Positions 1-9,436 of a DNA stretch of 64,000 nt are shown here, in pieces. A program made the position numbers and the translations under genes. Below the pieces are notes generated by a model, which did no database searches, was not told where the DNA came from, and worked only from the letters and a program-made list of their open reading frames with translations. Position 1 is the stretch's first letter. Every line of letters starts with the position of its first letter. Source of the stretch: Brevinema sp. (lineage in GTDB: Bacteria; Spirochaetota; Brevinematia; Brevinematales; Brevinemataceae); contig JBOFGS010000012.1 in assembly GCA_051649245.1 (NCBI GenBank), forward strand, positions 104,510-168,509, read 5' to 3'.

Positions 1-662
1 TTGTTCATGTGAACAATTGCTGGTGGCTCAATATAAGTCACTAATCCACTAGCTGAAAACCCATGAATAATACCTGCTGTACGATTTTTGGCATTACTTT
101 TAATAGGTATGACATATCTGTCTTCACGAAAAGCAATCCGTTGTTCAGCAAGATCAATGTTTGATTTTAATTCTTTTTGAAGTGTTTTTTCGATATTATT
201 GCGAAGTTGTTTTTTTAGCCCACGAATTTTTTTCAATTCAGGAGATGCTGTATCTAATAAATGACCTTCTTCATCAAAACTATCTTTCCATAATGTATAT
301 AAATTTTTTGGGAAAAATATTTCAGAAACGAGTTCATATAATAAAGGATAGTCATTTTGATTGATTTCTACTTGACTAATCTCATGCCATTGTAGTAAAT
401 TTTGATAGGTATAAAAAATATCCGATTTATCTAGCACATAATCTTTTGTACTTAAAGAAATAGATTCGCGAATATCAGGGATTTCACGAAAATAAATGGA
501 TTGACAGGTTTCGGCAAAGTAGCTTATTTCTTTTGATAGATCAATCATATCTTCTAATTCTTCTATGCCTGTAAAAATATCTTGATCAAATTTTTTTTTG
601 GCTGTTTCACCAGCTAAGAATTGATGAAAAGAAGAGATAATAGTGCTTAGTTCTTCGTGCAC
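1..662 (-). CDS. mutS2: Endonuclease MutS2, N-terminal part (continues beyond the left window edge)
   Basis: Minus-strand frame has no stop in the window, so it is missing from the ORF track. Hand translation VHEELSTIISSFHQFLAGE...ASPELKKIRGLKKQLRNNIEKTLQ...AFREDRYVIPIKSNAKNRTAGIIHGFSASGLVTYIEPPAIV fits the MutS2 pattern. GTG at 662 is preceded by AAGGAA with a 6-nt spacer, and an in-frame TAA lies just upstream. Confidence 0.6.
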   Translation of the reverse strand, partial: MHEELSTIISSFHQFLAGETAKKKFDQDIFTGIEELEDMIDLSKEISYFAETCQSIYFREIPDIRESISLSTKDYVLDKSDIFYTYQNLLQWHEISQVEINQNDYPLLYELVSEIFFPKNLYTLWKDSFDEEGHLLDTASPELKKIRGLKKQLRNNIEKTLQKELKSNIDLAEQRIAFREDRYVIPIKSNAKNRTAGIIHGFSASGLVTYIEPPAIVHMN

Positions 663-694
663 AAAAAATTCCTTATCTAATTTTTGTTATATAG

Positions 695-723
695 ATTATA
701 AAATATTACTATTTAAATGTCAA
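695..723 (-). promoter_or_regulatory. Sigma70-like promoter for mutS2 (TTGACA-17-TATAAT)
   Basis: On the minus strand TTGACA is at 723..718 and TATAAT at 700..695, with a 17-nt spacer. It lies about 33 nt upstream of the GTG start. Confidence 0.55.
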
Positions 724-747
724 CGTTATATAAATAAAGAGGTACCT

Positions 748-1503
748 ATGTTAAACAAAAAAAATATGATGCCTATCTTATCAACAATTGTTTTTTGGTT
801 TGTTATGTTTTTTAACTACAAGAGCTCATCTCAAATCAGTGGAATATCTGATAAAAATATGACCTTAATTACGCCTATTGATTTCACTTTTAGTATTTGG
901 GGAATTATTTATATTTTGGGATTAGTGGTATTATTATTGTTTTGGAGAAATTTTTTTCAAAAAAAAGAAACAGATCTACAGATCTTTTTGATCTACAATC
1001 TTGTATTATTGTTGAATACTCTTTGGATTTTTGTTTGGTTAAGAGAATTTATCTTTCTATCATGGGTCGTTATTTTTACTATTTTAATGTTGTTAGTTTA
1101 TATTAACCATTACATCATTACTAAACCATACCAAGATTCAAAAATCATCTCAATTTTTTTTGAGATCCATTTAGCATGGATTTTGGTTGCCTTTTTCTTG
1201 AATGGTTTAGTAGTCTGGAACAATTATCATGAGATTAGTAATGATTATGGATCCTACAGTCTTGCAATAGCAGCATTGATCATGATTATTCTTTTTGCAA
1301 ACTTTCTCTTATTTAAAGCCAATAAATTCTATTTTATGATCGTTATTTTATGGGCATTATATGGTATTTTAATGAATATAGATAATAATAATTATTTATT
1401 TTATTTTTTTATTCGTCTGTTATTTTTGTTCCAATTTATTATTTTTATTTTCAGAGGAATTTATATTGCGATCTATCAACAAAAGTTTATAAAAAAACAA
1501 TAA
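748..1503 (+). CDS. Trp-rich polytopic membrane protein, TspO/MBR-related
   Basis: I chose the internal ATG at 748, which has AAAGAGG 5 nt upstream, over the track start at 643. Motifs ISDKNMTLITPIDFTFSIWGIIYILGL and LWIFVWLREF plus multiple TM segments resemble the long tryptophan-rich sensory protein family. Confidence 0.5.
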   Translation: MLNKKNMMPILSTIVFWFVMFFNYKSSSQISGISDKNMTLITPIDFTFSIWGIIYILGLVVLLLFWRNFFQKKETDLQIFLIYNLVLLLNTLWIFVWLREFIFLSWVVIFTILMLLVYINHYIITKPYQDSKIISIFFEIHLAWILVAFFLNGLVVWNNYHEISNDYGSYSLAIAALIMIILFANFLLFKANKFYFMIVILWALYGILMNIDNNNYLFYFFIRLLFLFQFIIFIFRGIYIAIYQQKFIKKQ

Positions 1504-1523
1504 CGACACAATTATGTGTCGTT
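1502..1523 (+). terminator. Hairpin terminator after the TspO-like gene
   Basis: AACGACACA-atta-TGTGTCGTT (9-bp stem) overlaps the stop codon and is followed by TTATTGTTT. Confidence 0.5.
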
Positions 1524-1654
1524 ATTGTTTGAAAGAGGTTCCGGAGGGGAGATTGGCTGTATTTTATTTATACTTATCTCCGACTACCGAAACAGGGAAT
1601 AATTATTTTATTTTTGCTTTGTACTTTATAATTTTCGACTCAATGATAAAAAAC

Positions 1655-1728
1655 TTTAGGATACTAATAAAAATAATAAAAAAAGACTCAATTGAGTCTT
1701 TTTTTATTATTTTTATTAGTATCCTAAA
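1655..1728. repeat. 74-bp perfect palindrome (37-bp arms), probable bidirectional terminator core with an unusually long extension
   Basis: Checked base by base: 1655-1691 is the exact reverse complement of 1692-1728. The core is A7-GACTCAATTGAGTC-T7 and the outer arms are TTTAGGATACTAATAAAAATAAT / ATTATTTTTATTAGTATCCTAAA. It lies 19 nt past the MCP stop codon. Confidence 0.9.
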
Positions 1729-1746
1729 TAACTATTTGTTTCTATT

Positions 1747-3804
1747 TTATTTAGCAGTAATTGTTGTTTGATCAACTTCGTTTTTATTTGGCGTGATTAT
1801 TTCTTGTGAATCTTCTTCATATATTGATCGTTGATGATTTGTTTTTTTGTTCTTTATTTTTGTAATCTCAGATAATTTTTCTGAAACATTATTTTTTATA
1901 CTTCCCAGATCGTTAATAATAGAAAGTAGATCTTGCATATTTCTGAGAGTTTCTTTTTCAAACATCGGAATCATTATTGTTTTTTCACGTAATAATTGAA
2001 TATCATTTTGTTGTTTTTTGAGTAATTCATGATATGTATCTAAGAAACTTAAAAAATTATTAATATTATTGAATGCTTGTTCTGACATTTTTCCTTGTAA
2101 ATCTGTAGATTCACAGGTTTTTGATGCTACTAATTCGATATTTCTAAAATTTTCAATAACACGTCTCATGATGGTGTGAGATTCTGTAATTAACATATGA
2201 TTTTCATCTGTGATTTGTTCCAAATTAGACACCTTAGCTACTGCTATTTTGATAAAGTTTTGAATGCTAATTAATTTTTGTGAAATATCATCTACAGCAT
2301 CACTTGAAGCAGTAGCTAAAGCTCGGACTTCATTAGATACAATAGCAAATCCTTTTCCTGCATTACCAGCATGAGCTGCTTCTAGTGCGGCATTAATCGA
2401 TAAAATATTTGTTTGTTCTGCTATATCCTGAAGTAAAAGTAGTATTTCGTCAATAAATTCTGCCTCTGTTCCTGCAGATTTGATATTTTGACTAATCGAA
2501 TGCATAGAATCAGTGATAATCTTGCTTTTCTTCATCGTATTCTCAAGTTTATCCATAATGATGGATGCATTAGAAATACAAAGCGAACATTGATATTTGA
2601 TTTCATAAGCAAGCTGTAGGATGTAGTAAGTTTCGTTTGATAAAGAAGTATTATCTTTAAAATCATGATTTAGTTTATCGAGAGATTCTTGAAAATTTAA
2701 TATAATTTTTGAAATATATTGTGAAAGATGAGATAAAGAATTAAATGCATCTGAAGACTCATCAAAGCGTGGTAATTGATTGAGTGAACCGTATGTTAGC
2801 ATCAAATTTTTTAAAGATTGATTAAAAGAATTATTGATTTTTTGTGTATGAGCCAGTGAATCAGAGATCTTTAAGATATATTTATTAAAATATAATGTTA
2901 TTTTGTCTTGATGCGGTGATATCATATGTGAAAAATCTGCATTTTCTTGTTGTACCATTTGTTCCAGATAAATTTCAAAGAGATGCATATGATTTTCTTC
3001 TTGTTTTCCGTACGCATTGTTTAATAAAAAAGAATAGAAAATAATAGTACCTATAGCGAGTAATATTTGAGGTATATGTGCAACTAAGTGATAAGGAGGA
3101 TAATTATTTTGCGTATAAAATCTTATGAAAGGATGGATATGAAATATGAAGATAAACATTAGTGTTGCAAATAATAATAAGGAAAATCTTATTTTGTTAT
3201 AGTATAGTTTACTGAGTTGATATGTGCAGAAACGATGTGTTTGAAAGTAATGAAAAATCATTTGATTGGATAGTTCGAAAATTTTGCTGGAAATATACCA
3301 TAGAATAATAATAAAACCATTTTGTAAAATCAGTAATTGTGACTTAGTAAAATGGGGTACCAGCTGTGACGTGCCAATTTCTTTATTATAAGCAAACAAT
3401 AAGATAGCTAAAGGTATCCAAAATAGATAATGAAATCCATATAAAACATAATGCTGTGAAAAAATTGATTGCTCTTCTGAATGTAAAAATAATCGATGAA
3501 TAGGAAATAGATAGTAGAAATAAGCTATTAATTGAACGATATGTGCAATGAATAAATACATTAAAAAAATAGGAATGTGAATCTTGATATTAATAATCGT
3601 AATAGTTTTGGAGTGTTCTAATAAAACATCAACAATTCCATTAGGTAGATAAAACTCTAAATAACTCCAGAGAAAAAGTAATAATGCATTTAATGGAAAT
3701 AACATTAAGAGATTCATCATTATTAATTTTGTATTATTTATTCTAATATCTGATATTGTTATTGTGTAGTCACCAAATTCTTTAAAATGTTTAAAATTTT
3801 TCAT
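1747..3804 (-). CDS. Methyl-accepting chemotaxis protein with a polytopic (about 6 TM) N-terminal membrane domain
   Basis: MCP signalling-tip signature EQTNILSINAALEAAHAGNAGKGFAIVSNEVRALA. The N-terminal ~270 aa are almost entirely hydrophobic helices. I see no obvious periplasmic domain or HAMP. Confidence 0.85.
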   Translation of the reverse strand: MKNFKHFKEFGDYTITISDIRINNTKLIMMNLLMLFPLNALLLFLWSYLEFYLPNGIVDVLLEHSKTITIINIKIHIPIFLMYLFIAHIVQLIAYFYYLFPIHRLFLHSEEQSIFSQHYVLYGFHYLFWIPLAILLFAYNKEIGTSQLVPHFTKSQLLILQNGFIIILWYISSKIFELSNQMIFHYFQTHRFCTYQLSKLYYNKIRFSLLLFATLMFIFIFHIHPFIRFYTQNNYPPYHLVAHIPQILLAIGTIIFYSFLLNNAYGKQEENHMHLFEIYLEQMVQQENADFSHMISPHQDKITLYFNKYILKISDSLAHTQKINNSFNQSLKNLMLTYGSLNQLPRFDESSDAFNSLSHLSQYISKIILNFQESLDKLNHDFKDNTSLSNETYYILQLAYEIKYQCSLCISNASIIMDKLENTMKKSKIITDSMHSISQNIKSAGTEAEFIDEILLLLQDIAEQTNILSINAALEAAHAGNAGKGFAIVSNEVRALATASSDAVDDISQKLISIQNFIKIAVAKVSNLEQITDENHMLITESHTIMRRVIENFRNIELVASKTCESTDLQGKMSEQAFNNINNFLSFLDTYHELLKKQQNDIQLLREKTIMIPMFEKETLRNMQDLLSIINDLGSIKNNVSEKLSEITKIKNKKTNHQRSIYEEDSQEIITPNKNEVDQTTITAK

Positions 3805-3822
3805 AATTTACTCTATACTATC

Positions 3823-5775
3823 TTATTTATTTGAGCTGAGCGTACTGTCAATAATTTGTTTGATTTGTAATTCTTTAATTTGCCATTGATACTGTATGCT
3901 GTCTATTTTCTGCAAGGTGTTGAAATTATCTGAAATATAATTTTTATATACTTCAAGATGTTCATAAAGATCATAAGATAGTGGTTTATTTTTTGTAATA
4001 TCATTACTTAATGAGGTTAAGAAATTGGTAATTGATATGGAAGATTGTTCTTCTTGTTCGAAAACATTAATATTCTTGATCACTCTATCAGTAAATGTAT
4101 TGATATTGTAATTTAAAAGTTGTGTATTTTGTATTGAAATTTTTAAATCTTGAGTAATCTGTTCAGATTCTCTAATATTTTTTTCAATAGCTTCGATACT
4201 TTCTGTTGATAGAACAATCGAACTTTCAATGAAATGTTTGATAACAGAAACTCTTAGAGCAATGTTATTGACTGCATCATGTGACATGTCTGCAAGGACA
4301 CGTATTTCTTCTGCAACACTTGAAAAATCAGAACTTGAAGACCCACCATGTGCTGCTTCTATTGAAGCACTAATAGACAGTAGTTTGGTTTGTTCAGTAA
4401 TATGTTTAATAATATCTAAGATTTTATTAATATTGTTGGTTTCAATAGCTGTATCTTCAATAATTGTAAAAATTTCTTCAATTTGTTGTTTGATAGATCC
4501 ACTAGTAGAAATAAACGATGTCAATGATGTAGTGCTTTCTTCTGTAGATAATAAACATTGGATATGTTCTTGATTCAGAGAATCAAAAGAATGCGACAAT
4601 CTTTCTGAATTTATCGCAAGACTGTTGATTTGTTTGTTGATATTTTCGAAAATTTGTTGCTGATTATTAATGCAAACAACTAGCTGCTCCATATTATGAT
4701 TAATGGTTTTTTTACTTATTGCCAAATCTATAAACATCACTTTTTGATTTTGAACCATATCAATAAATTCTGTTATTTTGTCTGTTAATTTCTGCCGATA
4801 ATCTACCATCTCCGTAAAAGCATCAAATGTTTTTTTGAATTTTTTAAATATCGTTATGAAAAAAATATTTAATGAGCTAACTACACGTCGTATGATGTTG
4901 TTTTCTTGATAGAAAAACGATATCGGTTTTAAACCATTTTGTGAAGCAAGATTTAGAAAAGAGTAGATGTTATTTTTAACATTTGAAATCAAGCTATTAT
5001 AAAAGTAAATAATGGTGAGTATACAAATTATAATCATAAAAATATTACCATTATTATAATTTATGACAGAATCAATTATTGTTAGATTTTGAGTTTCTTT
5101 GCTAAGATTATCCAAATTCAATATTGTTTTTAAAATGCTTAGAATAATTAACAAACTCATCAAAACATATAAAATCGATATCTTAGGTATTGATCCACGA
5201 ATATTTTGTTGAGATTGATTATCTTTATCAAAGTATTGTTCAATAGTGGTATTTGCTTCTAAAAGTCCATAAACCATAAGATATCCTGTTACAATTTGCC
5301 ATAAGACACGATAGATTGTATCTAGAATAAGTATTTTAGATTCATGTTGTTGGGACTGCTCCATAGCAATAAGATGTGTCATACTTAAGACTATTATACT
5401 TGAAATGAGTGATAACCATAGCATTGTGTTTGGATGTGTGAATCGTTGCAGTGCTTGTTCGTATTTTACATTGTATTTTAAGTATTTTTTTATAGGATTA
5501 ATATATATAGAAATCCCAATCCACTGTATCACAGTAAAAAATAAATAAAATAATAGTGACTCGGAATGCCCGAAATTTGCAAGAATATCATTTAATGATA
5601 ACGTCTTATTTGTATAGATCTTGTTCATATTGATAAAAATTTCTTGTAGCATCGCAAAAGGAATGGAAAGCATAAAACAGATAGCATAAACTTTACTAAT
5701 AAAGACTTTTAAATAGGCATCACGTTCTTTTTTAGGATCTAAAGAAGTAGAAAATGATTTTTCTTGATTTGACAT
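3823..5775 (-). CDS. Methyl-accepting chemotaxis protein paralogue with a polytopic N-terminus and a divergent signalling tip
   Basis: EQTKLLSISASIEAAHGGSSSSDFSSVAEEIRVLADMSHDAV aligns to the MCP tip, but the G(R/K)GFA core is replaced by SSSDFS. The N-terminal half has about 6 TM segments. Confidence 0.75.
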   Translation of the reverse strand: MSNQEKSFSTSLDPKKERDAYLKVFISKVYAICFMLSIPFAMLQEIFINMNKIYTNKTLSLNDILANFGHSESLLFYLFFTVIQWIGISIYINPIKKYLKYNVKYEQALQRFTHPNTMLWLSLISSIIVLSMTHLIAMEQSQQHESKILILDTIYRVLWQIVTGYLMVYGLLEANTTIEQYFDKDNQSQQNIRGSIPKISILYVLMSLLIILSILKTILNLDNLSKETQNLTIIDSVINYNNGNIFMIIICILTIIYFYNSLISNVKNNIYSFLNLASQNGLKPISFFYQENNIIRRVVSSLNIFFITIFKKFKKTFDAFTEMVDYRQKLTDKITEFIDMVQNQKVMFIDLAISKKTINHNMEQLVVCINNQQQIFENINKQINSLAINSERLSHSFDSLNQEHIQCLLSTEESTTSLTSFISTSGSIKQQIEEIFTIIEDTAIETNNINKILDIIKHITEQTKLLSISASIEAAHGGSSSSDFSSVAEEIRVLADMSHDAVNNIALRVSVIKHFIESSIVLSTESIEAIEKNIRESEQITQDLKISIQNTQLLNYNINTFTDRVIKNINVFEQEEQSSISITNFLTSLSNDITKNKPLSYDLYEHLEVYKNYISDNFNTLQKIDSIQYQWQIKELQIKQIIDSTLSSNK

Positions 5776-5871
5776 CTTTGACTCTTTGAATATAATTTTA
5801 TATAGAGATTATCTGATATAAATATATTATACACAAATTTTATTAAAAATGAAAGAGAAAAATATAAAAAA

Positions 5872-5896
5872 AGTAGTAACTCTGCTAGTTACTACT
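5872..5896. terminator. Bidirectional hairpin terminator after glgC
   Basis: AGTAGTAACT-ctgct-AGTTACTACT (10-bp stem) is flanked by an A-run on the left and a T-run on the right. Confidence 0.65.
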
Positions 5897-5917
5897 TTTT
5901 TTGAAATTAGCATGATT

Positions 5918-7219
5918 TTATATTTTAAAATGATCTGGAAGGATTGTTTTTGCCGGAATAACAATAATCCCATCTTTGATGATATAATGATCATTGATTT
6001 GATTGTTAAGTTTGTTGTGATTAATAAGAGTGACATTATTACCAATACGTGCATTTTTATCAATAATAGCATCTTTAATGATACAATTTTTGCCAATACC
6101 AATATTAGGAATATTCATTTGACGGTTTAGATCCTTATCTTTGGAGGTTTCTATCCAATCAGATCCCATAATCACTGTATTTTCAATTTCAGTATTTTCT
6201 TCAATGACCATACGTTGTCCTATCACGGTATGATTAATCTTACTTTTTTTTATATGGCATCCATCAGCGATCAACGATGATTTTATATTGGATTCTATAA
6301 AGACACTTGGGGCTGATAAACTTGGTCGGGATAAGATATTCCATTCAGGATCATAAATGTTAAATCCATGTGTTTCATGAGTGAGATCAATATTTGCCTT
6401 ATGAAAATTTTCAAGTGTTCCAATGTCTTCCCAATAACTTTTATGAACGGCAATATGTACTTTGTAATTTTTAATCACAAAAGGAATAATTTCTTTTCCA
6501 AAATCCATCATTTGTTTTTGTTCTGTTAATAACTGATCCAATAATTCTAACCCAATCAAATACATACTCATTGATGCAAAAACAGTGTCTGGTGGTAAAT
6601 TGTATTTCTGACGTAGATTTTCAGGAACATACCAATCCGAATCTAATGTCGCATCACCTGGTTTTTCCCAAAAATCCAAAATTTGATAATCCGAACTGAC
6701 TTTTACAATTCCAAAAGCATCAGCTTCAGATCTTGGGACTGCTACAACACCTAATGTTAAATCGGCTTGGTATTGATTGTGAATACTACGAAGTTTTTTA
6801 AAATCCATATGATAAAGCTGATCACCTGCTAAAATAAGACCATAGTTTGCGTTTCGTACTGATTTAATATGATGCATGCCTTTACGAACGGCATCTGCAG
6901 TACCTTGTGAAAAACCGTTATTTTCTAGATTTTTTGAAGCCTCACTTGCAATAATATCAACAAAGGAATCATGAAACAAATCAAACTTATATGTTTGAGT
7001 AATGTGTTGATTTAATGATGCTGAATGAAATTGTGTTAACACAAAAATTTTCCCAACTCCAGAGTGGATGCAATTAGTGATAGGAAAATCAATAATACGA
7101 TATTTCCCACCAAATGGCACTGCCGGTTTTGATCGATTTCTTGTCAATGGGTCTAATCTTGTCCCTTGTCCCCCAGCTAAAATAATTCCAATAATATCAC
7201 TCATGTTGATTGGATCCAT
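5918..7219 (-). CDS. glgC: Glucose-1-phosphate adenylyltransferase
   Basis: N-terminus IILAGGQGTRLDPLTRNRSKPAVPFGGKYRIIDFPITNCIHSG plus a C-terminal left-handed beta-helix-like region. TAGGAG lies 6 nt before the ATG. Confidence 0.9.
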   Translation of the reverse strand: MDPINMSDIIGIILAGGQGTRLDPLTRNRSKPAVPFGGKYRIIDFPITNCIHSGVGKIFVLTQFHSASLNQHITQTYKFDLFHDSFVDIIASEASKNLENNGFSQGTADAVRKGMHHIKSVRNANYGLILAGDQLYHMDFKKLRSIHNQYQADLTLGVVAVPRSEADAFGIVKVSSDYQILDFWEKPGDATLDSDWYVPENLRQKYNLPPDTVFASMSMYLIGLELLDQLLTEQKQMMDFGKEIIPFVIKNYKVHIAVHKSYWEDIGTLENFHKANIDLTHETHGFNIYDPEWNILSRPSLSAPSVFIESNIKSSLIADGCHIKKSKINHTVIGQRMVIEENTEIENTVIMGSDWIETSKDKDLNRQMNIPNIGIGKNCIIKDAIIDKNARIGNNVTLINHNKLNNQINDHYIIKDGIIVIPAKTILPDHFKI

Positions 7220-7281
7220 GAGATACTCCTATTCATCCCATATAATATATATATTAAATTAATTTCTTTTTGAGTCTTTAG

Positions 7282-8505
7282 TTAGCATTTATTTAGTTTA
7301 TCAAAATATTTAGCAAGACCACCTTTTGATGTTTCTTTGTAAGCTTCGTTCATATCACGACCTGTTTCGATCATTGTTTGTAAAACATCATCGTAAGAAA
7401 TAGAGTGTTCAGAACCACTTAGCTCAACAAAATAAGCACATTGGATTGCTCGTACAGCAGCAGCTGCATTTCTTTCAATACATGGAATCAATACAAAACC
7501 TCCAATAGGGTCACATGATAATCCTAAATGATGTTCTAAAGCCATTTCTGCAGCATACTCGATATGATCTATGCTTAAACCTTTTAAGAAAGTATAAGCT
7601 CCTGCTGCCATAGAACACGCTACACCAACTTCTGCAGCACATCCAGCTTCAGCACCAGAAATAGAAGCATTGGTTTTGGCAATCATACCAATAACTCCTG
7701 CTACAGCAAGAGCTTTTTTGAGTTTTTCTTTATCTAAGTTCATCGATTCTTTGGCATAACGGAGTACTGCTGGCAAAATACCTGCAGACCCACAAGTAGC
7801 AGCTGTGACCACTATTCCCATAGAAGCATTTTCTTCCATTACGGCTAATCCATACGCTGAAACAAGTCCTTGTTCTTGGACAACAGGACTTTTTTGTAAT
7901 TTGATTGCGTTTTGATATACTTGTTTTGCTCGACGACGTATTTTTAGTGTTTTTGGTGGAAGAAATTCTTCAGTACTTGTTAATCCATTTTCAATCGATA
8001 TCATCATCGTATCAAGTATTTCTTCTAAATATTCCCAAATGTCTTCAACATCAAAACGATCAACATATTCCCATAAAGAAATATGTTCTTTTTTACAATA
8101 ATCAATAATATCAACCATATGATTTTGAGGATAATATTGTTTTTGTTCCTTTAATGAAGAACCTTCATCTACTAATGTTCCCCCACCAACAGAATAAGTT
8201 TTCCAAGTATAAATAACGTTATCTTGTTGATCTAATCCTTCTAAAATCATACCGTTTGGATGTTGGATAGGCACTGTTTTTTCATCAAAAATAACTTCAA
8301 GATTATGTCCTTCAAAAGCTTTTTCTAACGCTTTATCTGTAAAATGCCCTCTTCCTGTTGCCATAAGACTTCCTAATAAAGTGACACGATATCTGTACGC
8401 ATCAGGGCATTTCTGAAGCATTAGTTGTCCGGCTCTGAAAGGACCTATAGTATGTGAACTTGAAGGTCCAAATCCAATACGATATAATTCTTTCAAAGAA
8501 TTCAT
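7282..8505 (-). CDS. sdaA: L-serine ammonia-lyase (iron-sulfur dependent, single chain)
   Basis: MNSLKELYRIGFGPSSSHTIGPFRAG matches the SdaA N-terminus. I preferred the second ATG (8505), which is 8 nt after AGGAG. Confidence 0.85.
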   Translation of the reverse strand: MNSLKELYRIGFGPSSSHTIGPFRAGQLMLQKCPDAYRYRVTLLGSLMATGRGHFTDKALEKAFEGHNLEVIFDEKTVPIQHPNGMILEGLDQQDNVIYTWKTYSVGGGTLVDEGSSLKEQKQYYPQNHMVDIIDYCKKEHISLWEYVDRFDVEDIWEYLEEILDTMMISIENGLTSTEEFLPPKTLKIRRRAKQVYQNAIKLQKSPVVQEQGLVSAYGLAVMEENASMGIVVTAATCGSAGILPAVLRYAKESMNLDKEKLKKALAVAGVIGMIAKTNASISGAEAGCAAEVGVACSMAAGAYTFLKGLSIDHIEYAAEMALEHHLGLSCDPIGGFVLIPCIERNAAAAVRAIQCAYFVELSGSEHSISYDDVLQTMIETGRDMNEAYKETSKGGLAKYFDKLNKC

Positions 8506-8529
8506 AATCATATCTCCTTTATAAATGTA

Positions 8530-9357
8530 CTAATTACTATGCGAAGCATTCAGTAATTTTTCGATACAATCTGATACACTATCAACAATATTATTACTAT
8601 ATTTTTTGAGTTCTGGTTCTGCATTTTTCATTACAAATGCATTATTTTTCCCAACTGTTTCAAACATAGGAAGATCATTATATGAATCCCCAATACCAAA
8701 CAATTCAAATTCCTCTCCTAAGTGATGAGCCATATTGAGGATACCTTGACCTTTAGAGGATGATTTTGGAGCTATATCAATATAGTGTTGGTTACGAAAC
8801 ACATCTACATATGTACCCCAACGTGATAAGATATCTTTTTTGGATTGTTCTGACACCGTTATATCTGTGTTAAAAGGAGCAATGTTTATTGTGACAAAAG
8901 AATGAGTGTATTCTTGAAAATCTTTGATAGATTTTTTGAGAGCAGAATCTTCTTGAATGATTGTTGAGCTCATTGTCATTAAACGATCATCAATTTCATA
9001 AGTATCCTTGCCATCATCCCAACAAATCGTAAATTCTTTGAGTTTATAGAAATAATTAATAATTTCTTTTCCAATAGCATTATCAATTGCAATACTCGAA
9101 ATTTGAGAAAGTCTGAGGGGATCTTTTTTATCGACATCAAAAAGTAACGAACCGTTACATAATATTAATCCATCGCAATGTAGATTATATTCTTGTAAAA
9201 TAGGGATCGTCCATGTTTCTGTTCTTCCTGTGCATAATGCAAAATAATGCCCTGCATCTCTAAATTTTTTGATTGCATTCAAATCTTTTGTTGAAATTTT
9301 TTGGTCATGATGAATTAATGTTCCATCAACATCACAAGCGAGAAATTTTCTTTTCAC
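8530..9357 (-). CDS. Cof-type HAD-IIB phosphatase
   Basis: HAD motif I is DVDGTL. The C-terminal GDSYNDLPMF is motif IV. The start is GTG with AGAGG upstream. Confidence 0.75.
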   Translation of the reverse strand: MKRKFLACDVDGTLIHHDQKISTKDLNAIKKFRDAGHYFALCTGRTETWTIPILQEYNLHCDGLILCNGSLLFDVDKKDPLRLSQISSIAIDNAIGKEIINYFYKLKEFTICWDDGKDTYEIDDRLMTMSSTIIQEDSALKKSIKDFQEYTHSFVTINIAPFNTDITVSEQSKKDILSRWGTYVDVFRNQHYIDIAPKSSSKGQGILNMAHHLGEEFELFGIGDSYNDLPMFETVGKNNAFVMKNAEPELKKYSNNIVDSVSDCIEKLLNASHSN

Positions 9358-9408
9358 TTTCCAGCCTCTTTTATTTTTTCTTTATCAATGCTTCCACATT
9401 TTATTTAT

Positions 9409-9436
9409 ATTATACATAAAATAATTTTTAAGTCAA
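9409..9436 (-). promoter_or_regulatory. Sigma70-like promoter for the HAD-sdaA-glgC unit (TTGACT-16-TATAAT)
   Basis: On the minus strand TTGACT is at 9436..9431 and TATAAT at 9414..9409. Confidence 0.5.

Noticed and set aside
4229-4573. 114-aa plus-strand ORF inside the second MCP gene. The same class includes 161-364, 897-1106, 16951-17331, 20888-21175, 35858-36094, 46107-46448, 51698-52135 and 62970-63182.
   Set aside because: All lie entirely within well-supported genes, either antisense or in another frame of the same strand. They lack Shine-Dalgarno sequences and have low-complexity or odd composition. They are shadow ORFs.
5827-6130. Two overlapping ORFs (91 aa on the minus strand, 93 aa on the plus strand) at the glgC 3' end.
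   Set aside because: They overlap the glgC C-terminal coding region and run through the bidirectional terminator hairpin at 5872-5896. They have no SD and no recognisable product.
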